A DNA stretch of 64,000 bases. Origin: Rhodothermales bacterium (GTDB lineage Bacteria > Bacteroidota > Rhodothermia > Rhodothermales > VXPQ01). The notes under the pieces were generated by a model. It was not told where the DNA came from, did not search any database, and saw only the letters and a list, made by a program, of their open reading frames with translations. Positions 57,384-64,000 of the stretch are shown here, piece after piece. The translations under genes were made by a program, and so were the position numbers. The first letter of the stretch is position 1, and the number at the start of each line of letters is the position of its first letter. Where the stretch lies: the NCBI GenBank assembly GCA_040904565.1, contig JBBDTI010000094.1, forward strand, positions 1 to 64,000, written 5' to 3'.

Positions 57384-58658
57384 CTAGGGGCGGCCGAGCC
57401 GGCTGAACATCTCCTTCTTGTAGGCTTCGACACCGGGCTGATCGAAGGGGTTCACACCGAGGAGATATCCGGAAACCGAGACGGCATGCTCGAAAAAATA
57501 GATGGCTTCGCCGATAGATTTCGGCGAGACGTTTTCAAGCCACAGTGTCATGTTGGGTACTCCGCCGTCTGCGTGTGCCCGTGACGTGCCGTTGTGAGCC
57601 GCCCGATTCACAAAACTCATCGTTTTCCCGGCGACGTAATTGAGACCGTCCAGATCGTCGTCCGACGAAGGGATTTCCAGATCTCCCCCGTCGTCTTCGA
57701 CCATCAAGAAGGTCTCCGCCAGAGTCCGCTGCCCGTCCTGGACGTATTGCCCGATGGAGTGCAGGTCGGTCGTATACTGAGCGACCGAAGGAAACAGGCC
57801 CGTCCCGTCCTTGCCTTCGCTCTCTCCGAACAGCTGCTGCCACCAGAGGCCAAAGCCATGGAGGCGAGGCTCGAAGACGGAAAGAAGGTCGACTGACAGT
57901 CCCCCGTCCAGAAGCGCCGACCGAACGGCGGCGTAGAGAAGTGCCGGGTTGCCTTCGGCGGACGCTAGTGCATTGCAGGCGTCGACGGCACCATAGAATA
58001 ACGACGACGTGTCGATACCGGCTGACGCTATGGGTAGGAGTCCGACCGGCGTGAGTACGGAGAACCGACCGCCGACGTCCCGCGGGATCTCAAATTTGCG
58101 GTACCCGCGCTCCGCTGACAGTGTATTGAGCGCCCCGGCACTCGGATCGGTGGTCACGATGATGCGGCGCTCCGGATCGTCGTACGTATTCTCGAGATGG
58201 CGCCGGATCGACCGGAAGGCGAGGGCGGGTTCCAGCGTCGTCCCGCTCTTCGAGATGACATTGACGTAGACCGATCGTCCCTCGAGATACTGCAGGAGTT
58301 CGTGAAGATACGTACCGCTCAGGTGATGGCCGGCAAAGACGATCTCGGGGACATCACTCGGGTGCCGGAAGTAGGGGGTCAGTGCCTGAATGACGGCTCT
58401 GGCACCGAGGTATGAGCCACCGATACCGATACAGACGAGGACGTCGGCTTCTTCGCTGATCTCCTGCGCCGTCTCCGAAACGCGGCCCAACAGCGCGTCG
58501 TCCGGTTCCACGAGGAGGTCGCGCCATCCGGTAGCGTCACTTCCCGGGCCGGCCTTCTTCAGCAGCGTCCGGTGGGCACCTTCTGCGCCCGTAATTCTGG
58601 CGTCCAGGACCGACGCGTCGAGAAAGGGGAGCGTGTTGTCGTGATCGAGTCGCAGCAT
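57384..58658 (-). CDS. pgi: Glucose-6-phosphate isomerase
   Basis: GIGGSYLG, SKSGTT.E, GGRFS, QLFGESEGK, DLHSIGQ and NPFDQPGVE.YK. Confidence 0.98.
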   Translation of the reverse strand: MLRLDHDNTLPFLDASVLDARITGAEGAHRTLLKKAGPGSDATGWRDLLVEPDDALLGRVSETAQEISEEADVLVCIGIGGSYLGARAVIQALTPYFRHPSDVPEIVFAGHHLSGTYLHELLQYLEGRSVYVNVISKSGTTLEPALAFRSIRRHLENTYDDPERRIIVTTDPSAGALNTLSAERGYRKFEIPRDVGGRFSVLTPVGLLPIASAGIDTSSLFYGAVDACNALASAEGNPALLYAAVRSALLDGGLSVDLLSVFEPRLHGFGLWWQQLFGESEGKDGTGLFPSVAQYTTDLHSIGQYVQDGQRTLAETFLMVEDDGGDLEIPSSDDDLDGLNYVAGKTMSFVNRAAHNGTSRAHADGGVPNMTLWLENVSPKSIGEAIYFFEHAVSVSGYLLGVNPFDQPGVEAYKKEMFSRLGRP

Positions 58659-58799
58659 GGAGAGAAAAGTCGTCTTCTTCCGTCATGGGGTCGTCAGGCA
58701 CGATGCATCGCGAAAAGGATACGCAGCCTGCGCCGGGATTCGAATAGATTATCCGAGAATTTACAGGTGTCGGGAATCGGCGGATTTTGTGAATGCCGA

Positions 58800-59195
58800 T
58801 TACAGGTCGGGATCGAAGTCGAGCTCCCACTCGTCCGCGACATGCTGGAGAAAGTCCCTCTCCTCCGAAAGAATCTCTCCCTCGACCTGCGCGACGTCAG
58901 CGAGGTCATGGAGAATCGTTGCGAGAAGGTCCCGCGACAGGGCCTCCTTCAAGACCTTCACGGCCTCATGAACGCGATCGGGGTGAGTCCCGTTGAGGTA
59001 TGTCAGCGTAGCTTCCCGAATCACATGATCGATGAGTGCCGGGTCCTTATCCGGCTGCCAGCGTCTCAGGCTGGCGGAGATCTCAAGGGTCTCTCCCGGC
59101 TCCAGATCGGCTCCGGCACGATGCGCGAGGCCAAGGTAGAGAAGGGCCAGGTCGTGGAGAAGCGTGAGTGTGAGTTGGCCTTCGCTATGCATCAT
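58800..59195 (-). CDS. TerB-family protein
   Basis: LAHRAGADLEPGE...ILHDLADVAQVEGEILSEERDFL..VA..W follows the TerB helical pattern. Confidence 0.7.
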   Translation of the reverse strand: MMHSEGQLTLTLLHDLALLYLGLAHRAGADLEPGETLEISASLRRWQPDKDPALIDHVIREATLTYLNGTHPDRVHEAVKVLKEALSRDLLATILHDLADVAQVEGEILSEERDFLQHVADEWELDFDPDL

Positions 59196-59426
59196 TTTCG
59201 CCGATCGTTTTAGCAGCCCATGCAGAAGCAGAATGACGTTTATTGAACGGATGATTCACGGAACGGTGCCGAACGGAACCATAAGATACGTTGCGGCAAC
59301 GGATCCGTTGCACCCGATGCGATGGGAAGCCTGCGCTGTCAGTTGGGGTCGGTGCTCCATAGTTGACCAAACGCCGTTGGGCGTGACGCGGCCGGATCAC
59401 AGCAACAAGCCGAAGAGAACGCCAGG

Positions 59427-60107
59427 ATGAACGCATCGAACGACCTTCCCGTGACGAGCATGCTGGCCTACTGCTGTGTGCACGACGATGCCCTTCCGCG
59501 AGTGCGGAGCAAAGGTCTGCGGGCCGACGCGGACGGCCATCGGATTTACCGGCGCTTCCAGGCGGCTCGCGACGCGTGCCCCTCCCGGCTGCTCGTCATC
59601 GACGTCTACGAGGTGGAATCGTCGGGACACGAACTTCAGGATAGGGTGCCGGCCCACGCCATCGTCAACCTCGACCCATTTCGCCAGCCGGTCCCGGTGG
59701 CGGCTGGCGGCGGCTTCATCACGCGCCAAACGGCGACCGGCATCGAGGTGTTATTGATCCACCGGCGAGGAGTGTGGGATCTGCCGAAGGGCAAACAGGA
59801 TCCGGGCGAATCGGTAGCGGAGTGCGCCCGGCGAGAAGTCCAAGAAGAGCTGGGCATTGCGGACGTGGGGATCGAAGGCAACCTCGGGCAGACGGTGCAC
59901 GGATACGCCGACGATGCTGCATATGCCGTAAAGACGACGCACTGGTTTCGGATGTCGACGACCGCGAGGTCATTCATGCCGGAGGAGGCCGAGGGAATTG
60001 ATGCGGCGGAGTGGTTCGCCTGGCATGATGCCCGAGCAGCGCTGGGCTACGAAACGCTTCGACGGCATATGGATCGCCTGGAGCCGTTCATCCGCGACGA
60101 CGGATGA
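59427..60107 (+). CDS. NUDIX hydrolase with an extra N-terminal domain
   Basis: AAGG...WDLPKGK and Nudix box G.QDPGESVAECARREVQEELG, with an N-terminal extension of about 85 aa. Confidence 0.92.
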   Translation: MNASNDLPVTSMLAYCCVHDDALPRVRSKGLRADADGHRIYRRFQAARDACPSRLLVIDVYEVESSGHELQDRVPAHAIVNLDPFRQPVPVAAGGGFITRQTATGIEVLLIHRRGVWDLPKGKQDPGESVAECARREVQEELGIADVGIEGNLGQTVHGYADDAAYAVKTTHWFRMSTTARSFMPEEAEGIDAAEWFAWHDARAALGYETLRRHMDRLEPFIRDDG

Positions 60108-60131
60108 CGGAGACCCGACGCGAGAACGGGG

Positions 60132-61634
60132 TTAGTCCTTATGATGCTGCAGGATCTTTACAGGCAGCCCGAGCAGCTCGTCGGGGTCGAAGGGTTTGCT
60201 GACGTAATCCGTAAAGCCGATTTCGAGAAACCGCCCCTTATCACCCGGGAGGGCGTGGGCCGTCACAGCCACGATGGGTGTGTTCTCGTAGCCGGACGTC
60301 CGGCGCAGTTTCTTTAGAAGTTCGATCCCGTCAGGCCCCTGTCCGAGCTTGATGTCCATGAGGATGAGGTCAAATTGCGACATGCAGGCCGTGCGGTACG
60401 CCTCCTTCGCACTACCGGCTACGGACACGTGGTAGCGTGCTTGGAGCAGTTCTTTTAAGAGATGCCGCGTCTCCGGATGATCCTCCACCAGGAGGAGACG
60501 GATGGTAGAATCCCCATTTGTATCTCCCAGCTCTTCGGCAGCGTCCGACCCGCCTAGCGGAGGCGTGGGTGTCGCAGAGGGTTCGGCGCTTCTGGGGAAC
60601 GCAACGCGGAATCGAGATCCGGCGTTCTTCGTACTCTCGACATGAATGTCTCCACCGAGAAGATCTACAAGTCGCCTCGTGACGGCAAGCCCCAGGCCCG
60701 TACCGGCGTGCGAGCGGCTGCTGCCGATGCTCTCCTGGCTGAAATCATCAAAGAGCTGCGGGATGAACGCCGGCTCGATGCCGACCCCCGTGTCGACGAC
60801 GTCGAACCCGGCCTGCTCTTCCGTGCTCCAAACGACGATACGAACATGGCCTTTGTCCGTGAACTTGATCGCATTACCGATGAGGTTGTGTACGATGCGG
60901 TTCAGTGCCGCGCGGTCGGCCAGTACCAAAGCGAGTGGTCCGTCTTGAACGGATATCTCGATGCGGAGCCCTTTCTCTACGGCAATGGGACGGAGCATCT
61001 CGGCCACATCTCGTATTTCGGGGTCGAGGCGGATAGGCCCGAGCTCCAGATCCATTTCGTCTGATTCGAGCTTAGCAAGATCCAGCACGGAATTGAGCAT
61101 TTCGAGCAGCCGGCGGCCGCTGGCCCTGATGAGTTCGGCAAATTCTCGCTGTTCGGACGGCAGCTCCTTCGACAATACGGCCGCGAACCCGATGATTCCG
61201 GTGAGCGGGGTACGTATCTCGTGACTCATATTGCCAAGAAATGCCGTCTTCAGGCGCGACATTCGTTCGGCCTCTTCTTTGGCTGTTATGAGTTCCGTGG
61301 CGACCGTTAAGATCGCGGTATGGAATCGCACGAGCGCATTCTGATCCGAAAACTCCGCCCGTGTGTAGAGATGTGTCGGACGGTTATCAGCGTCGTTGCC
61401 CTTCAGCTCGATCCGGCAGGATTCTCGACGGCCCGACTGCGCAGCAAGCCGGAGGTGCTTTTGAAAGCGCCAGGTCTCCTTGGGGGCGACGAGGTTTCCG
61501 AATCGTTGTCCTCGGACGGTTGGGCGGTCCACACCGGCTAAACGGGCACCGATATCGTTGCAGTCAACGATGCATCCCTGGTAGTCCAGGATGAAGTAGC
61601 CGACCGGGATCAGGTCAATGTCCTTCGTACTCAT
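60132..61634 (-). CDS. Cytoplasmic PAS-HisKA-HATPase-REC hybrid histidine kinase
   Basis: MSHEIRTPL, NLIGNAIKFT, DTGVG, GTGLGL and receiver LLVED...LMDI...SKPF. Confidence 0.95.
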   Translation of the reverse strand: MSTKDIDLIPVGYFILDYQGCIVDCNDIGARLAGVDRPTVRGQRFGNLVAPKETWRFQKHLRLAAQSGRRESCRIELKGNDADNRPTHLYTRAEFSDQNALVRFHTAILTVATELITAKEEAERMSRLKTAFLGNMSHEIRTPLTGIIGFAAVLSKELPSEQREFAELIRASGRRLLEMLNSVLDLAKLESDEMDLELGPIRLDPEIRDVAEMLRPIAVEKGLRIEISVQDGPLALVLADRAALNRIVHNLIGNAIKFTDKGHVRIVVWSTEEQAGFDVVDTGVGIEPAFIPQLFDDFSQESIGSSRSHAGTGLGLAVTRRLVDLLGGDIHVESTKNAGSRFRVAFPRSAEPSATPTPPLGGSDAAEELGDTNGDSTIRLLLVEDHPETRHLLKELLQARYHVSVAGSAKEAYRTACMSQFDLILMDIKLGQGPDGIELLKKLRRTSGYENTPIVAVTAHALPGDKGRFLEIGFTDYVSKPFDPDELLGLPVKILQHHKD

Positions 61635-61813
61635 GGCTCAAGCACTCGCTGTGTGGCGCATTCGGACGAACAGGGACGGTTATGAGCGGGACGGCTCGGC
61701 AAGTAGGTTAAATGCGACACTTCGACCGATGTGGGCAATCACGCTGGACGATGCTTCGACCGACTCAATCTGCAGAGTATCGTAACGATCCTGGCATTAA
61801 TAATACAGGTAGA

Positions 61814-62287
61814 TCAAGCCGGCCAGATGCCCAGGATGCGCCGGAGCAAGACGATTTGACCGACGTGGTAGGCGGTATGGTCTGCCACGAGAAGCGTTTC
61901 GCGAAGGTAGGTGTGTTCCGGAGCGTGCAGAAGATGGTCCTCGACGTCTACCTCTTCGATGAGCTCTATAAGTCCCGCCCGATCTGCGAGAAGTGCCTGC
62001 ACGCTCTGCTGCCAGGCTTCGGCCGTTGGCGGATGAGGGTCCAACGGCCAATAGTCATCGGGCCAGGTCGGCGGCTCATAGACGTCGCTCGTGCAGTACT
62101 TGAGGATATCCGCCTGGGCCAGACGAATATGCTCGAGAAGCTGCCAGAGGGAGTGCGGGCACCCGTCGGGCCGTCGGCCCCGATGATCGGGCGGCACGCC
62201 GCGGACGGCCCGCTCGAGGTCGACGTGGGCTGAATGCCACGTGAGCACGTCCTTTAGTCGAAGGGTGAGCTCGGACTCCGTATCCAT
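61814..62287 (-). CDS. DinB family protein
   Basis: HSLWQLLEHIRLAQ...DHTAYHVGQ. Confidence 0.9.
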   Translation of the reverse strand: MDTESELTLRLKDVLTWHSAHVDLERAVRGVPPDHRGRRPDGCPHSLWQLLEHIRLAQADILKYCTSDVYEPPTWPDDYWPLDPHPPTAEAWQQSVQALLADRAGLIELIEEVDVEDHLLHAPEHTYLRETLLVADHTAYHVGQIVLLRRILGIWPA

Positions 62288-62469
62288 CTGAAGTACCTAT
62301 TCCTGTGTATTCCCCCACGCGAGGTGACGATCATCGGCCGGACCGAGGCGCGCCCGGCAGTCGGCGTACGTACAAGGCCTTGTCCGTGGCCGGCCGATCG
62401 AGGGCGTCTCTTCAGGCCGTTCCAGATGCACCGTTAGCTTGATCCGGTTCATGTTGTTATGTTACGGAT

Positions 62470-63474
62470 ATGAGTCCACTCCTATGCAATTACTACGTTA
62501 CGTACCGGTGCAACGCCAGGTGCGGATTCTGCGACATCTGGGAACAGCCGTCGCCCATGATATCCCTCGAGGATGCGGAGCAAAACCTGGATGACCTGCG
62601 GCGCCTCGGCGTCCGCATCATCGACTTCACGGGCGGCGAGCCCCTGCTTCACACGAAACTGCCCGATCTGCTGGCCATGGCGAAGGAGAGGGGCTTTCTG
62701 ACGACCGTTACGAGCAATGGACTCCTGTACCCGAAGCGCGCGGAGCGCATGAGGGGCCTGGTCGATATGCTTCATTTTTCGATTGACTCCTCGAGGGGGG
62801 ACGAGCATGACGCCTCACGCGGCGTTCAATCGTTCGATCGGCTGATGGAGTCGCTCGAGCTCGCTCTGGAGCTCGGCGAGCATCCGGACCTTCTCTTCAC
62901 GGTGACCAACGACAACGTCGATCGGATGGAGGAGATCTATGAAACGCTCGCCCTACCGAATCGGCTCATCATGATCATCAACCCGCTCTTTGAGTACAAC
63001 GAGTTGGGAGACTCGCTGCGCGGCGAGGTCATGGATCGCATGCGCGCGATGGCCGAAAAGCCGTACACCTATCTGAACGGCGCCTTCCTTACGCTGCGCG
63101 AACGGGGTGGCAACGATCCGGATGATCCGGACTGCCGCGCGGTATCGACGTGCGTCGTCATCTCTCCGTTCAACGAACTCGTCCTGCCGTGCTATCACTA
63201 CGGACTCGAACGCATCCCCATCGATGGACGCCTGTACGAACACTGGCAGTCTGACACCGTCGAGCAACACCGGCAGATGGAAGGCCGGCACGAGGTATGT
63301 CGGGGTTGCACGATTAACTGCTACTTCGAACCGAGCTTCGCGGTGTCGCCGGGCCGGCGTTATTTCTGGGAGAGCCTGCCGTCCAAGATGCGGTATTCGT
63401 GGAGGAAGTTCGTCGTGCAGCAATTGGAGGGGAAGCTCGGCAACGGTCGCGCGTTCGAGCATGCTGCGATCTGA
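62470..63474 (+). CDS. Radical SAM protein with SPASM/twitch-like C-terminus
   Basis: CNARCGFC, TGGEP and C-terminal C...PC...CRGCTINC. Confidence 0.93.
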   Translation: MSPLLCNYYVTYRCNARCGFCDIWEQPSPMISLEDAEQNLDDLRRLGVRIIDFTGGEPLLHTKLPDLLAMAKERGFLTTVTSNGLLYPKRAERMRGLVDMLHFSIDSSRGDEHDASRGVQSFDRLMESLELALELGEHPDLLFTVTNDNVDRMEEIYETLALPNRLIMIINPLFEYNELGDSLRGEVMDRMRAMAEKPYTYLNGAFLTLRERGGNDPDDPDCRAVSTCVVISPFNELVLPCYHYGLERIPIDGRLYEHWQSDTVEQHRQMEGRHEVCRGCTINCYFEPSFAVSPGRRYFWESLPSKMRYSWRKFVVQQLEGKLGNGRAFEHAAI

Positions 63475-63520
63475 GATGCGATCTGACCTGCGGCGTGAAC
63501 CTGCGGCGTGAACCTGCGGC
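63465..63520 (+). repeat. Short tandem repeats
   Basis: TGCGATCTGA twice (63465, 63477), followed by about 2.7 copies of the 13-mer ACCTGCGGCGTGA. Confidence 0.8.
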
Positions 63521-63622
63521 CAGGTCTCGCGGGCTAGCCCTGCGGTGTGTCGTCGCCCTTATCGCGCCGATGATTTGCATCCAACGAGCGGCAGCGACTT
63601 TTAATCGGGAGTTCGGAGCGGA

Positions 63623-64000
63623 TTAGTCGTTGCCCGCGCGGCTAGCTCGCACGTCCCTGGCCTTCAGCTGGAGCGAGGTGCGGCCGTTCCACGTGTTTTC
63701 ATCGATCGAATGGAGGACGTCGATGGCCGAGCCTTTCTGCCAGCTCGTCTCCAGCACGTCCAGCCGATCACCCAGCCCGAATCCGATGACGTCTATCGGC
63801 GCCGATCCGTTGCGGCGGACCGTGAACTTGAGATGCTTATCGTCGCGGCCGACCGTACGTGGACGCCGGGCGAGTTCGAGTCGATTCGATTGAAACACCG
63901 GGCGACCGTTCGACGGGCCGAACGGGCCGAACTGCTTTAGTACGGCCCAGAAGCGGTCGTCGAGTTCGCCGAGGTCGAGGCGCGCGTCGACGGCGATGGA
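63623..64000 (-). CDS. recJ: ssDNA exonuclease RecJ, C-terminal part (5'-truncated by window)
   Basis: QFGPFGPSNGRPVF...KHLKF...IGFG...N.WNG..SLQL, the RecJ OB-fold tail. Confidence 0.92.
   Translation of the reverse strand, partial: SIAVDARLDLGELDDRFWAVLKQFGPFGPSNGRPVFQSNRLELARRPRTVGRDDKHLKFTVRRNGSAPIDVIGFGLGDRLDVLETSWQKGSAIDVLHSIDENTWNGRTSLQLKARDVRASRAGND

Overview
High-GC bacterial chromosome segment. Gene content points to Rhodothermota/Bacteroidota-Chlorobi, probably Rhodothermales: DUF4295 next to rpmB-rpmG, a Bacteroidota-type omega subunit and the rplM-rpsI-rpsB-tsf-pyrH-frr block. Bases 1 to about 16,200 are accessory. They hold the right end of a probably tRNA-integrated defence island (Type I R-M hsdM/S/R, an M48/YgjP-like peptidase, a three-gene Sir2-effector Lamassu/ABC-three-component system, an orphan gene, a tyrosine integrase and a tRNA 3'-end att fragment), followed by a decayed second element (XerD-like pseudogene, Fic toxin). 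The rest is core genome: fab/plsX/rpmF, dnaA-dnaN, translation genes, 4 tRNAs, gmk-rpoZ-coaBC, udg-dnaB, rpmB-rpmG, comA, ychF, nusB, comEC, pgi and recJ. The most striking non-coding signal is a probable oriC between comEC and pgi (about 56.9-57.3 kb), roughly 30 kb from dnaA. It has about a dozen DnaA-box-like sites and an AT-rich DnaA-trio tract that appears flanked by two inverted copies of the box/GC-clamp unwinding module. Other notable items are a NUDIX hydrolase with an apparent degenerate ADP-ribosyltransferase-like (Tpt1/KptA) N-terminus, a dodecin gene overlapping a TonB receptor gene, paired DnaA boxes upstream of udg-dnaB, and structured leaders before rplM and rpsB. All family calls come from motif recognition by eye; no searches were run.
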